A stretch of 64,000 nucleotides of DNA from a virus. A program made the translations under genes and the position numbers. Positions 40,402-51,095 of this stretch are shown here, piece by piece (the first letter of the stretch is position 1; every line of letters starts with the position of its first letter). The stretch spans positions 1 through 64,000 of the IMG/VR virus record IMGVR_UViG_3300013094_000026; one strand, written 5' to 3'. Below the pieces are notes generated by a model, which was not told the DNA's origin, made no database searches, and saw only the letters and a program-made list of their open reading frames with translations.

Positions 40402-41205
40402 ATGACTAATGATTTAAAATGGATGCTATCATCTGATCAGCAATTTCCATATCAAGATGATAAAGCCATTGAACTTTGGTTTAAAGTTATGAAGTGGTTT
40501 AAGCCAGATGTAGTTGACTATTTGGGGGATACTGATGATCAAGCTTGCTATAGCAAATATACAGAAGGAAGATCAGCTGAATTCTTACAGCTTCATAAAA
40601 ATGATAGTAAAGATCTAATTGTTCCGATGATGCGACATGAAGCAAAAGGTGCAAGAGATTTTTATGCTAAAACAAGAGAAATGTTGTCAAATGCACAATT
40701 ATTTTCAGCATTAGGAAATCATGACATCAGAATCTTTGATTATCTTGATAAGAAAATGCCAGAATATCTATCTGATATTACGCCAGAATCTTTGTGGGGA
40801 CTTGATAGCCTAGGGTATGACTATATTTATTATAATGAATTGCCTAGACATCGCTTTGGAGATATCCATGTCCATCATGGACTTTCAATTGCAGACACGG
40901 GGGCTGTCAGAAAAGATATTGATGATTTACAAATTTCTTTGATTAGAGGACATTCACATAGAATTGCCTCCCATTTTCAGACATATGAATTACCATTAGC
41001 AACTAATGGAAGAACAATTCGTGGATATGAAATTGGGCATATGTGTGATGAGAAAAGTGATGGTATGAAATATACGCAAAATCACAACTGGCAAAAAGGT
41101 TTCGCAATTGCACATATTGAAAATGGTAATCATCCTCATGTGCAAATTGTGGAGATTTCACCAACTTACACTTGTGTAGTTGATGGAAAATTGTTTTCTG
41201 TCTAA
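40402..41205 (+). CDS. Calcineurin-like metallophosphoesterase
   Basis: SDQQ, GDTDD, GNHD, HHG and GHSHR motifs. Confidence 0.88.
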   Translation: MTNDLKWMLSSDQQFPYQDDKAIELWFKVMKWFKPDVVDYLGDTDDQACYSKYTEGRSAEFLQLHKNDSKDLIVPMMRHEAKGARDFYAKTREMLSNAQLFSALGNHDIRIFDYLDKKMPEYLSDITPESLWGLDSLGYDYIYYNELPRHRFGDIHVHHGLSIADTGAVRKDIDDLQISLIRGHSHRIASHFQTYELPLATNGRTIRGYEIGHMCDEKSDGMKYTQNHNWQKGFAIAHIENGNHPHVQIVEISPTYTCVVDGKLFSV

Positions 41206-41229
41206 TTTTATATATGGTATAATATATGT

Positions 41230-41739
41230 ATGTTATGTGAAATAGAAAATTGTGACAGGAATAAGGTGGAAGGCGGAAAATATTGTAGAAGTCATTATAG
41301 GCGTAAACAATATATAAGCGATAAACCTATAAGGATAAATAAATACCCAGATGGAAAATTTTGTAAAATAGAGGGTTGCAAATCCCGCTCTAGAGTACTT
41401 GAGATGTGTATAAAACATTATCAAAGAGTTAAAAAATGGGCAGACCCAGAAAAAACTGCTAGGGCAACATCTGGCTCAGGATATATAGATTCAAATGGTT
41501 ATAGATTAATAACTATTGATGGAAAAAGAGTTCTTGAGCATAGGTATGTAATGTCAAAATATTTAGGTAGGGATTTATTAGCAAATGAAAATGTACATCA
41601 CAAAAATGGTGACAGATCAGATAATAGATTAGAAAACCTAGAGCTATGGTCTAAGTCCCAGCCATCTGGACAACGGGTGGAAGACAAATTAAAATGGGCA
41701 TATGAAATAATAAGTCTTTACAAAGACTATAACCTATAG
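41230..41739 (+). CDS. HNH homing endonuclease
   Basis: Two C...C....C..HY zinc-finger repeats, then EHRYVM...[20 protein letters not shown]. Confidence 0.88.
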   Translation: MLCEIENCDRNKVEGGKYCRSHYRRKQYISDKPIRINKYPDGKFCKIEGCKSRSRVLEMCIKHYQRVKKWADPEKTARATSGSGYIDSNGYRLITIDGKRVLEHRYVMSKYLGRDLLANENVHHKNGDRSDNRLENLELWSKSQPSGQRVEDKLKWAYEIISLYKDYNL

Positions 41740-41748
41740 GAGAAAAAA

Positions 41749-42039
41749 ATGAAAGTTACACAATCAGAAAAGGCTCTAGTAGAGCATTATGTTTATGCAA
41801 CTGCTGCATCAGCTGTGGCAATTTGGCAGACAGGAAATCACTCAATTAAGCATGTTCTTTGGTCTGCTGTAATTGGTGTAGTTGGTCCAGTTCTTGCTAA
41901 GTTTAACCCAAAGGGTGTTATAGGAGAGCTTTCTAAGAAAGAGCATCTTGATGCAGTAACTACTGCAGCACTAACATCTGTAGCAACAACAGTTGTAGCA
42001 GATGCTAATAAAGCAATCGCAGCAGACACTAAGAAGTAA
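41749..42039 (+). CDS. Holin-like membrane protein
   Basis: Two hydrophobic helices ending GPVLAKFNP; AGGAG SD. Confidence 0.55.
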   Translation: MKVTQSEKALVEHYVYATAASAVAIWQTGNHSIKHVLWSAVIGVVGPVLAKFNPKGVIGELSKKEHLDAVTTAALTSVATTVVADANKAIAADTKK

Positions 42040-42060
42040 AAATATAGAAAAAATTTAATA

Positions 42061-42246
42061 ATGTTATTTTGTAAAAAATGTACAGGACGTGTTTTTGTAG
42101 ACCGAGTTTACTCCCAGAACTTACGTCTTGAATTGTACTGTATCATGTGTGGGAAAAGATGGATGATCAAAAGAGATAATAGGTTTGGTGCATGGATAGC
42201 AAAAATAGAAGAAGAGCTTCAGTCCAATTACGGTACTTCTATCTAA
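42061..42246 (+). CDS. Zinc-ribbon protein
   Basis: CKKC...CIMC. Confidence 0.7.
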   Translation: MLFCKKCTGRVFVDRVYSQNLRLELYCIMCGKRWMIKRDNRFGAWIAKIEEELQSNYGTSI

Positions 42247-42707
42247 ATAAAAAACTTCACAAAGTTTTAAGAAGATCACGTGCAGAAAACTTATTAATTG
42301 CTTGGGATTACCAATTGGGAAAGCGTGTTGCTTATAATTTGGCGGATGTCAATAAGAATAAACAACACGCTTATTCCATCAAAGAAGTTGTAAAATTAAT
42401 TGGTAAACATGAAGATACGATTAAATTACATTTATATAGAGGGGATTTAAAATTTCCACAAAGAGTGTATTCTCTTAATGGCAATAAAACTCCAGGAAAA
42501 TATTTTTGGAGTGAAGATGATATTAGAGAAATGCATGATTTTTTTAAAACAGTCCATAGGGGCAGACCAAGAATTGATGGCGGGATTACCCCAGGTGATA
42601 TGCCATCCAGAGCAGAATTAGAGGCTATGATGAAACAAGAAAATATTTTGTATGTCAAGAATGATGACGGAGAATTTGTTCCAGTTTGGAAACAACCAGA
42701 ATGGTAA
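42192..42707 (+). CDS. HTH (MerR-like) DNA-binding protein
   Basis: YSIKEVVKLIGKHEDTIK HTH; WSEDDI wing; GRPR. Confidence 0.7.
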   Translation: MDSKNRRRASVQLRYFYLNKKLHKVLRRSRAENLLIAWDYQLGKRVAYNLADVNKNKQHAYSIKEVVKLIGKHEDTIKLHLYRGDLKFPQRVYSLNGNKTPGKYFWSEDDIREMHDFFKTVHRGRPRIDGGITPGDMPSRAELEAMMKQENILYVKNDDGEFVPVWKQPEW

Positions 42708-42934
42708 ATGAAAAATTAAATAAAGAGTCAAAACATGTACTTCATCAGGCACTGAAAGTGTTAGAATTCACAATGGAGCTGGCTGTACAAAAAGAGGATA
42801 TTGATGCTATGATAGGTATAGCAGATCGCCTTATGATGTTGTATCAGCATTTATCAGAAGGCACACCAAAAAAGTTTAAGCCAGGGTTTACTTTGGCTGA
42901 TAAAGAGGAGCCACAGAATGACAGAGATGAATAA
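42701..42934 (+). CDS. Hypothetical protein
   Basis: ORF; ATG 42701 preferred over TTG 42686. Confidence 0.6.
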   Translation: MVNEKLNKESKHVLHQALKVLEFTMELAVQKEDIDAMIGIADRLMMLYQHLSEGTPKKFKPGFTLADKEEPQNDRDE

Positions 42935-43145
42935 TTCAACTGTTGTAAAAGTTGATTTACACTTTACTAAAAATTTGGGTAATTATGAAAGTTTGAGAAT
43001 TGGTATTGGCGTAGAAGATTTTAAAAGATCTGGCGAGACAACTGATGAAGCAACTGATCGTGTTTATAAGTTTGTTGAAGATAAGTTAATGGAAAAAGTT
43101 CGTGAGATTGAAGAAGAATTGGGTAAGGGTAAAGGTAAGAAATGA
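42918..43145 (+). CDS. Hypothetical protein
   Basis: TKNLGNYESLRI motif common in phage replication regions; GAGGAG SD. Confidence 0.7.
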   Translation: MTEMNNSTVVKVDLHFTKNLGNYESLRIGIGVEDFKRSGETTDEATDRVYKFVEDKLMEKVREIEEELGKGKGKK

Positions 43146-43474
43146 CAAAAGATGAAGCAAAACTAGCTTATAGTCTAGTTTCACTTTATTGTTCTTTATA
43201 CAAAGAGTCTTACAAAAAACCTGCAGTGGTAAATAAGTATCGTGAAAAGTGGGCTATGCAAGATGTTATAGATAGTGTAGGCTATGATAGAGCAAAAGTA
43301 TTACTTGAATATTACTTTAAGTCCATGAATAATGGAAATCCAATATCTTGGTTTTTTTATAATTTTGAAAAGCTTGATTTGTCATTGCAACAATCAGAGC
43401 AAGATAAAACAAGAAGAGAATTAATTAGAGCTAAAACAAAGTCTATGGTTGAAGAAAGAGATAATGAACACTGA
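43142..43474 (+). CDS. Hypothetical protein, possibly helicase-associated
   Basis: Overlaps the helicase start. Confidence 0.6.
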   Translation: MTKDEAKLAYSLVSLYCSLYKESYKKPAVVNKYREKWAMQDVIDSVGYDRAKVLLEYYFKSMNNGNPISWFFYNFEKLDLSLQQSEQDKTRRELIRAKTKSMVEERDNEH

Positions 43475-44687
43475 ATCAGCAGTCATTACATCAGTTTGCA
43501 ATAACAAGGACATATCTGTAGTTCTTGCTGATAATATTGATGAAGTATTTACTTCTCACAGAGATGTTTGGGAAGGTCTAAAATCTTATTATCTTAAATT
43601 TAAATCTGTTCCAGATATCACAGTACTTACTGAAAAATTTAAAGATTTTGAACCTGCAAAGGTTAAAGGTGAGACAGCATATTATTTGGATCAATTAAAG
43701 AATGAGTATCTTGCTGCAAGATTACGCAACCTATTACTTACATCAGGTGCGAGTCTAAAAACAGAAGCTTCCGCAAGAGTATTGTCGCAGATGCAAGCAG
43801 AGCTTAATGGTCTTGGCAGATTGACAGGAAATGTTAGAGATGTTGACCTAACTGATTATAAAGCAGCAGAAAAGCATTTTGAGGCTGTTCGTACACGTTC
43901 TGATGCTATGGGCGGTAGTCCAGGGATTAAGACAGGTTTTAAAGCTATTGACTACGCATACCCTACTGGTATGGCTCCAGGACACCTTATAGTAATGATT
44001 GGTTGGCCAGGCAAGGGTAAGACTTGGTTTTCCTCTTATTTAGCCTGTAAAGCTTGGGAACAGGGTTTTAAACCTATGATCATATCTCTTGAAATGACAC
44101 CAGAGAATATGCGTGATCGTATCTACACAATGTTAGGTTCTGGATTATTTAAATCTTCAGATTTTTCTAGAGGCAGTATTGATTTAACACAATTTGATGA
44201 TTGGGGTAAAAAGAAGTTCTTAGATAAAAATGGATTTATTCTTGTATCAAATGAAGGCTCGGGTCAAGTGACTCCTACTACAGTTCAAGGTAAGATTGAT
44301 CAACATAAACCAGATTTAGTAATTTTAGATTATCATCAATTGTTTGCTGATTCAAATAATTCAAAAGCACCTACAGAACGCAATATGAATATTTCTCGTG
44401 AGTTTAAAATGCTTGCTATGAGAAATAATATTCCTATTATTGATATTACTGCAGCAACTGCAGAAGAAACAGCAGATCATGATTCACCACCAATGTTAAA
44501 TCAAGTTGCTTGGTCAAAGGCAATTGAATACGATGCTGATATGGCTATTGCAGTGCACAAGAATCCCGATTCTAACATAATGGAAATTGTAAGTCGTAAA
44601 AATAGACATGGCACTGAATTTGGGATGTATTTAGATTGGGATTTAAATCGTGGTATTGTTAAAGAATTATATGATGTACCTATGTAA
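43464..44687 (+). CDS. dnaB: Replicative DNA helicase
   Basis: Walker A GWPGKGKT, SLEM, LDYHQL, IEYDAD and KNRHG. Confidence 0.93.
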   Translation: MNTESAVITSVCNNKDISVVLADNIDEVFTSHRDVWEGLKSYYLKFKSVPDITVLTEKFKDFEPAKVKGETAYYLDQLKNEYLAARLRNLLLTSGASLKTEASARVLSQMQAELNGLGRLTGNVRDVDLTDYKAAEKHFEAVRTRSDAMGGSPGIKTGFKAIDYAYPTGMAPGHLIVMIGWPGKGKTWFSSYLACKAWEQGFKPMIISLEMTPENMRDRIYTMLGSGLFKSSDFSRGSIDLTQFDDWGKKKFLDKNGFILVSNEGSGQVTPTTVQGKIDQHKPDLVILDYHQLFADSNNSKAPTERNMNISREFKMLAMRNNIPIIDITAATAEETADHDSPPMLNQVAWSKAIEYDADMAIAVHKNPDSNIMEIVSRKNRHGTEFGMYLDWDLNRGIVKELYDVPM

Positions 44688-44740
44688 TTTTATGTAATCA
44701 AAGTCTATCTTGGTATAATTATCAAGAAAGATTGGTGATC

Positions 44741-45022
44741 ATGTACCCACGAAAAATACATGACTTTTGGATGAACGGTATTATTAAAGATGATGCTAAA
44801 TTCCAAAGCTCAAGGGAGAATTATGAAAGACTTTTGGTTCAGCAAATGCGGGACAAAGGTTATATTCCTGTCCTTGACATGCAGCCACAATTTAATGTAA
44901 AATATAATGAAGAGAAAGATCACTACACATTCAATCTTGTAATGTATGGGATATATTTGGGTAAAACCAAAGCTCTTAAATATGAAGGTTTCTCTGGCCA
45001 GAGCTTAGTACCTAAAGGATAA
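44741..45022 (+). CDS. Hypothetical protein
   Basis: ORF between helicase and primase; TGGTATAAT upstream. Confidence 0.65.
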   Translation: MYPRKIHDFWMNGIIKDDAKFQSSRENYERLLVQQMRDKGYIPVLDMQPQFNVKYNEEKDHYTFNLVMYGIYLGKTKALKYEGFSGQSLVPKG

Positions 45023-45025
45023 AAA

Positions 45026-45979
45026 ATGAAAGATGCATATACTAAATCGGATCTCCGATCTATTTTGCAATCTTGTGGTGTTGAAATAGTTTCTCAAACT
45101 GGAACAGATTTTCTTTGTTTATGCCCATTTCATCATAATACAGACTCTCCAGCATTTGCAGTAAGTTATTCAAAAGGTTTGTATGTTTGCTATAATCAAA
45201 ACTGCAATTCGGCGGGAACTGTACTAGATTTAGTTAAAAAGTTAACGCATAGAAATGACTTTGAAGCTATGAGATTTATATCTTCAAATAAGATGACAGA
45301 AGCAGATATGCTTGAAGAAGAATTAAAAGAATTACTTGATGATAAACCAGAATTTGAAGAATTTTCAAGTGATATATTAAAATCATTACATGAAGGATTA
45401 ACTCAGGAAGCGAGAGATTATTATGGTAATAGGCACATTAATGCTGATGCTATTGATTACTTTAATTTGGGATATTCACAGAAACAAGGAATGGTAACTG
45501 TTCCCCTCCACTCACCAGATGGAATACCTGTTGGAGTCATAGGTAGATCAATTACTGGGAAATCATTTAAGAATAGTCCCAATCTTCCACGCAATAAAAC
45601 TATGTTTAACTTGCATAGAGCAAAGCGTGAGGGTGGAACTATAATTGTAGTTGAATCTAGTTTTGATGTTATTCGTTTATGGCAGGCGGGGTATCCAAAT
45701 GCTGTAGCAACTTTAGGCGGTAGCATATCAGATACCAACATTAATCATTTGAATAAATATGCATCTACAGTTATTATTATGACTGATAATGATAAAGCTG
45801 GGCGGTCTTTAGGCATGACAATAGCTGGTAAATTAAAAAATAAAAGTGTGTTATGGGCTATGTATAGTTATGATGCTATTTATCCACATAATGCAAAAGA
45901 TGTGGGTGATATGTCCGATTTAGAAATAAAGCAATGTATAAACAATGCAATTCCACACTTTGAATTTGCTAATTTGTAG
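45026..45979 (+). CDS. dnaG: DNA primase
   Basis: CPFH...C....C zinc finger; TOPRIM VVESSFD and DNDKAG. Confidence 0.92.
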   Translation: MKDAYTKSDLRSILQSCGVEIVSQTGTDFLCLCPFHHNTDSPAFAVSYSKGLYVCYNQNCNSAGTVLDLVKKLTHRNDFEAMRFISSNKMTEADMLEEELKELLDDKPEFEEFSSDILKSLHEGLTQEARDYYGNRHINADAIDYFNLGYSQKQGMVTVPLHSPDGIPVGVIGRSITGKSFKNSPNLPRNKTMFNLHRAKREGGTIIVVESSFDVIRLWQAGYPNAVATLGGSISDTNINHLNKYASTVIIMTDNDKAGRSLGMTIAGKLKNKSVLWAMYSYDAIYPHNAKDVGDMSDLEIKQCINNAIPHFEFANL

Positions 45980-46008
45980 TAGACAAAGCATATCTAAAGT
46001 GCTATAAT
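45980..46008 (+). promoter_or_regulatory. sigma70/SigA promoter
   Basis: TAGACA-17 nt-TATAAT with TG extension. Confidence 0.65.
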
Positions 46009-46055
46009 AAAGACACAGGACAACATAAAGTCCATTATACTAAGGAGAATATATT

Positions 46056-46736
46056 ATGGGAATCATCAAAGGTCTAAATGCATTAAATCAACAAATGGAT
46101 AAGCCAGACTTTTCCAGTGAAGGTCAAAAAGGAACTTGGTTAAAGATTAATGACGGTCAATCAGTAAAAATTCGTTTTATGCAAGAGATTGATCCAGACT
46201 CAGCCAATTATAATGAAAAAGCAGGTGCTGCTTTTATTGCAGTAGAACATACAAATCCAGAGCATTATCAACGTAAGGCACTTTGTTCAATTGAAGATCA
46301 GGGTCGTTGCTTTGGATGCGAAATGCATCGTCGTGACCCTAAGTCTAAATGGGGCGGTAAGAAGCGTTTTTATGCTAATGTGATTGTAGATGATGGCGTT
46401 AAAGAGCCATATGTAGCAATTTTATCACAAGGTCTTGGTCCAAAGGCTGTTACAGAAACTGTAATTGCATGGGCGGGAGAGACAGGCAGTATTACAAACA
46501 CTATTTGGAAAGTAAAGCGTACAGGTAAGGGTGCAACTGATACAAGTTATTCAGCAATTCCTTTGCCAACAGCAACAACTGAGCCAATTGATTTTAATAA
46601 GTTTGAGCTATTTGATCTTGAAAAGACAGCAGTTCGTGATGTACCTTATGCAGAGCAAGAAGCATTTTATTTTGGTACAACATCAGATTCATCAAGTGAA
46701 AAAGAAGTTTCAACTTCATCCGCCGTTGAGTGGTAA
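46056..46736 (+). CDS. Single-stranded DNA-binding protein (gp32-like)
   Basis: VKIRF, Zn ligands H..C..C..C, KRTGKG..DTSY and acidic tail ending in W. Confidence 0.75.
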   Translation: MGIIKGLNALNQQMDKPDFSSEGQKGTWLKINDGQSVKIRFMQEIDPDSANYNEKAGAAFIAVEHTNPEHYQRKALCSIEDQGRCFGCEMHRRDPKSKWGGKKRFYANVIVDDGVKEPYVAILSQGLGPKAVTETVIAWAGETGSITNTIWKVKRTGKGATDTSYSAIPLPTATTEPIDFNKFELFDLEKTAVRDVPYAEQEAFYFGTTSDSSSEKEVSTSSAVEW

Positions 46737-46762
46737 TTAATAACTGATGTATGTATACTGAT

Positions 46763-46791
46763 TTGACAACATGGCACATTATTGCTACAAT
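46763..46791 (+). promoter_or_regulatory. Promoter for a leaderless HNH transcript
   Basis: TTGACA-17 nt-TACAAT, ATG 6 nt downstream at 46798. Confidence 0.7.
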
Positions 46792-46797
46792 AAAAAC

Positions 46798-47511
46798 ATG
46801 GCAAATCAGTATACATTAATCTTTCCAGAATCCTTTTGGAAGAAAGTTCAAAAGACCAGCTCATGCTGGCTATGGATTGGAGCAAAGGATTCTTGCGGAT
46901 ATGGAATTCATAATAAAAAATTTGATACTACAAGAGCACATAGGATCTCCTATATATTAAAGTATGGTGAATTTGATAAGAATCTAAAGGTTTTGCATAA
47001 ATGTGATAACCCAGCATGCGTAAATCCAAAACATTTATTTTTGGGGACACAGCAAGAAAATATAAAAAATATGGTTAAGAAATTTAGACATGGAAAACAA
47101 AACAGGAAAGTGCAAAGTTATTCTTCATGGCTAAAGGAGCATCCTAAAAAAACAGTATCTGATTTATGTCATTCAAAAAAACATAAGTTTAGTGATTCAA
47201 ACACTAGAATTAAGAAAATTAAGGATAGGTATACCAGAGTATGTCGTCAATGTGAATTTGATACAAATTATAAAGATATTGTTGTTTATAAAGTAAAGAA
47301 CTTTGTTAGAAAAGTTGAAAATCGTGGAGAAATAATAGATGGTTTAGTTAAAAAGATTAAAAAGATGGATTCTAAATGTTATTATTGCGATGGAAAATTT
47401 GAGCATTTGCACCACAAAATTCCAAAATCTAATGGCGGAGAAATTAGTATAAAGAATATAGTTCCAGTCTGTGAGAAATGTAATTTGACGAAAGGTAATA
47501 AAGTTGAATAA
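46798..47511 (+). CDS. Double-HNH endonuclease
   Basis: N-terminal CWLW...AHRISY...HKCDNPACVNPKHL and C-terminal CYYC...HHKIPKSNGG...CEKCNLTKGNK. Confidence 0.85.
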   Translation: MANQYTLIFPESFWKKVQKTSSCWLWIGAKDSCGYGIHNKKFDTTRAHRISYILKYGEFDKNLKVLHKCDNPACVNPKHLFLGTQQENIKNMVKKFRHGKQNRKVQSYSSWLKEHPKKTVSDLCHSKKHKFSDSNTRIKKIKDRYTRVCRQCEFDTNYKDIVVYKVKNFVRKVENRGEIIDGLVKKIKKMDSKCYYCDGKFEHLHHKIPKSNGGEISIKNIVPVCEKCNLTKGNKVE

Positions 47512-50500
47512 TAATTTTGTTCATCTTCATGTACATGATATGTATAGTGTTATGGATGGCTTAAATAAGCCTGAAGAAATGGTTATTGCTGCCAAAGAGC
47601 AAGGCCAGTTTGCAATAGCACAAACAAATCACGGGACATTGGCTGGGATGCGTGATATGCAAATTGCATGTAAAAAACATGGTATGAAACCAATTTTAGG
47701 GCTGGAAGCATATATCTCAGAAACAGATAGATTTGATAAAAGAGCAGTGGCAAAAAGAGATGATAATACCTCCCTTTATTCACATATAATTCTCCTAGCA
47801 AAGAATGATATTGGATTAAAAAATTTACAAAAACTTTCACAAATTGCTTGGACAGAGGGTTTTTATAGTAAACCTCGTATTGATATTGAAGTCCTTTTTG
47901 AATATAGTGAAGGTATAATTGTTCTATCTGGGTGTATGGGCGGTCTTATTTCAAAAGCTATTGAACGTGGTGATATGGAAGTTGCAAGAAATTTGACTAA
48001 GCAATTTAAAGAGCGTTTTGGCGAAGATTTTTACATTGAAGTTCAAGCACATAATCCTGAGACATTAAATACAAGTCTGCTTAATTTGGCAGATGAATTT
48101 AGTGTAAAGCCAGTTGCTACAGGAGATTGTCACTTTGCTAAAAAAGAAGAGCGGGATCTTGAGGAGTTACTCCTTATTATCTCTACTAAGCCAAATCAAA
48201 ACAAAGAAGCAGACTATGCAAGTGGTCGTACACACTCTAATATTATTGATCGCTTTGATCATATTTATCCCGACCGCCCTATTTCTTTCGCTGACATTAA
48301 CGTTTATATTCAATCCTATGCTGAAATTAAATCAGACTTTGAAAAAGCGGGGATTGTCAGAGAAGACATATACAAGTCTTCGCTAGAGATTTCAGATAAG
48401 ATTGAGATATATGATTTTCATGAAAACCTTGATTTACTTCCAGTACCAAAAAAGAATGCATTAAAAACACTCACAGAAATGTGTGAGCAATCCTTATTAG
48501 ATATGGGTATCAATGATCAAATATATAAAGAAAGACTTAAAGAAGAGCTTCAAGTCATCAAAGATAAAAATTTTGCTAGTTATTTTCTCGTTGTTAGTGA
48601 TATGGTTAATTGGGCGAAACAGAATGAGATACTTGTTGGACCTGGACGTGGATCTGCAGCAGGATCTTTAATATGTTATTTGCTGGGCATTACAACTGTA
48701 GACCCAGTTAAATATGATTTATTGTTCTTCCGATTTATTAATCAAGAAAGAGCAGACTGGCCCGATATTGACTGTGACTTTCAAGACACTCGTCGTGGAG
48801 AAGTTAAAGAATATTTAAAGAAAAAATTTAAGCATGTTGCATCTATTTCAACCTATCAGTATTTTAAAGATAAGGGTGTTATTCGTGACGTTGCTAGATC
48901 ATTCCTTGTTCCACTTGGAGAAGTAGATAAAGCACTTAAAGGTGTTGAAACATTTGATGAGTATGAGTCATCTCCAAGCACTGAAGAATTTAGAAAGAAG
49001 TATCCTGAAGTCACTAAATATGCTTCAATGCTTCGTGGAAAAATTCGTGGAAATGGAATGCATGCTTCAGGTGTTGTTGTTGCTAAGGACGACATTAGCA
49101 AGTATGTTCCAATTGAGACTCGTAAAGATCCAAGTGAATCAGTGTCTGGTCGCATACCAGTTGTTGCGTATGATATGGAACAAACAGCAGATTTGGGATT
49201 AATTAAACTTGACGTACTTGGATTGAAAACACTTTCAGTTATTGATGATACTTTAAAAACAATTAAAAGTATTAAAAAAGAAAATATAGACCTTAAAAAT
49301 GTTGCACTTGATGATCCAAAAGTTTTTAGCATGCTATCAAATGGATTTACAAAAGGTGTATTTCAGGCAGAAGCAACGCCATATACAAACCTATTGATGA
49401 AAATGGGTGTAAGTACGTTTGAGGATTTAGCAGCATCAAATGCTTTGGTACGTCCAGGTGCTATGAACACCGTTGGTGGGGCTTATATTCGTCGTAAAAA
49501 AGGTGAAGAGATGGTTACTTATGCTCATCCTATTATGCATCAATTTACAGAGCGTACATATGGTGTAATTATTTATCAGGAACAAGTTATGCAGGCTTGT
49601 GTATATTTGGGCGGGATGTCATGGGCAGATGCTGATAAGGTAAGAAAAATTATTGGTAAGAAAAAAGATGCAAGTGAATTTGATCAGTATAGAGAAAAAT
49701 TTATTACAGGAGCTTGTAAGCACATTACAAAAGAAGATGCTGAAAAGCTATGGCATGATTTTGAAGCACACGCTGGGTACTCTTTTAACCGTTCTCACGC
49801 TATTGCTTATTCTATGCTCAGTTATTATACTGCTTGGCTAAAGTTCTATTATCCACTTGAATTTATGTTTGCTATTCTTAAAAATGAAAAAGATAAGGAT
49901 GCTAGAACAGATTACTTGCTAGAAGCTAAGCGTTTAGGAATTAAGGTTTTGTTGCCACATGTGAATGAATCTGATATTGATTTTAGTATTCAGGGTAATT
50001 CAATTAGATTTGGACTATCTAATATTAAGTTTATTTCAGATAAACTTGGCTCAAAGATTATTAATAATAGACCATTTAAAAGCTATGAAGATTTTGTTGA
50101 AAAAACAAAGTCAAAGGGTAGCAAAGGTGATAAAATTTTGGGTATTAATAAGAGAACAACTGATGCACTCAATATGATTGGTGCAGCAGCATTTTCAGAT
50201 AACGCCAGAAAAGGAAATGAAAATGAAAACTTGTATGAGTATTTAGGTATACCTAAATTTGATACAGGTAAACTTAGTCCTAAGATCAAAGCTCAAGTTA
50301 ATCCATTGCAGGATTTTCTTGAAGAAGGATGTTTTGTTTTATTGGCTATGGTTAAATCTATTAAAAAGGGACCTACTTGGTCAAGAGTAGAGCTTGTAGA
50401 TGATACAGGCTCAGTAGGTATTTTTCATTCTGTTAATACAGAAATTGAAGCGGGAATGATGTATTTCTTTTTGGTAGGAGATAATCGTATTCATAAGTAT

Positions 50501-50800
50501 GTAACAATTAATGATGTAGTTGACAAAATAGATGATCCTTTTGTACAATGGTTATATAGAGATAAATTAAAAATTGATAGCGGAAAAAGACTTGTTTTAG
50601 ATTTTACACACTATAAGACTAAAGCAAATAAAATGATGGCTCATATTATTTTATCTGATGCAGATAAAAAATTAGAGCGAGTTATAGTTTTCCCAAAGTT
50701 ATATACAAAAGCTTTGGGTAAAATGCAGGCTGGAAAGATTTGCGACCCAGCAATTGCAGAAATGGAAGACGGAACAACATACGTAAAGGAGATTAGTTAA
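47504..50800 (+). CDS. dnaE: DNA polymerase III alpha subunit
   Basis: PHP HLHVH, GPGRGSAAGS, PDIDCDF, KLDVLGL and YSFNRSHA motifs. Confidence 0.96.
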   Translation: MNNNFVHLHVHDMYSVMDGLNKPEEMVIAAKEQGQFAIAQTNHGTLAGMRDMQIACKKHGMKPILGLEAYISETDRFDKRAVAKRDDNTSLYSHIILLAKNDIGLKNLQKLSQIAWTEGFYSKPRIDIEVLFEYSEGIIVLSGCMGGLISKAIERGDMEVARNLTKQFKERFGEDFYIEVQAHNPETLNTSLLNLADEFSVKPVATGDCHFAKKEERDLEELLLIISTKPNQNKEADYASGRTHSNIIDRFDHIYPDRPISFADINVYIQSYAEIKSDFEKAGIVREDIYKSSLEISDKIEIYDFHENLDLLPVPKKNALKTLTEMCEQSLLDMGINDQIYKERLKEELQVIKDKNFASYFLVVSDMVNWAKQNEILVGPGRGSAAGSLICYLLGITTVDPVKYDLLFFRFINQERADWPDIDCDFQDTRRGEVKEYLKKKFKHVASISTYQYFKDKGVIRDVARSFLVPLGEVDKALKGVETFDEYESSPSTEEFRKKYPEVTKYASMLRGKIRGNGMHASGVVVAKDDISKYVPIETRKDPSESVSGRIPVVAYDMEQTADLGLIKLDVLGLKTLSVIDDTLKTIKSIKKENIDLKNVALDDPKVFSMLSNGFTKGVFQAEATPYTNLLMKMGVSTFEDLAASNALVRPGAMNTVGGAYIRRKKGEEMVTYAHPIMHQFTERTYGVIIYQEQVMQACVYLGGMSWADADKVRKIIGKKKDASEFDQYREKFITGACKHITKEDAEKLWHDFEAHAGYSFNRSHAIAYSMLSYYTAWLKFYYPLEFMFAILKNEKDKDARTDYLLEAKRLGIKVLLPHVNESDIDFSIQGNSIRFGLSNIKFISDKLGSKIINNRPFKSYEDFVEKTKSKGSKGDKILGINKRTTDALNMIGAAAFSDNARKGNENENLYEYLGIPKFDTGKLSPKIKAQVNPLQDFLEEGCFVLLAMVKSIKKGPTWSRVELVDDTGSVGIFHSVNTEIEAGMMYFFLVGDNRIHKYVTINDVVDKIDDPFVQWLYRDKLKIDSGKRLVLDFTHYKTKANKMMAHIILSDADKKLERVIVFPKLYTKALGKMQAGKICDPAIAEMEDGTTYVKEIS

Positions 50801-51075
50801 TGACTAATGAAGAAGTAACAGAAACAACAGATCAACCATCAAACCAAGATGTTCAAATTTCAATTGAACAAATTTGTGCAGCAATTTTAAATACGATTGG
50901 TTCAGTAGAGGTATCTCTTGAATCACTAATGACAGACTATTCTTCAAAGAATATTTCTGTAAATCAAGATCCAGAAACAAAGGCACTAACATTTGCTTTG
51001 GCTGACCAGCCAGCAGTAGTTGATGCACCTGTTGATACAGATTCTGATGAGGAAACTAATACAGAATCAGAGTAA
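50800..51075 (+). CDS. Acidic hypothetical protein
   Basis: ORF coupled to the dnaE stop; AAGGAG SD. Confidence 0.7.
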   Translation: MTNEEVTETTDQPSNQDVQISIEQICAAILNTIGSVEVSLESLMTDYSSKNISVNQDPETKALTFALADQPAVVDAPVDTDSDEETNTESE

Positions 51076-51095
51076 ATGCTGTATAATATAAATAT

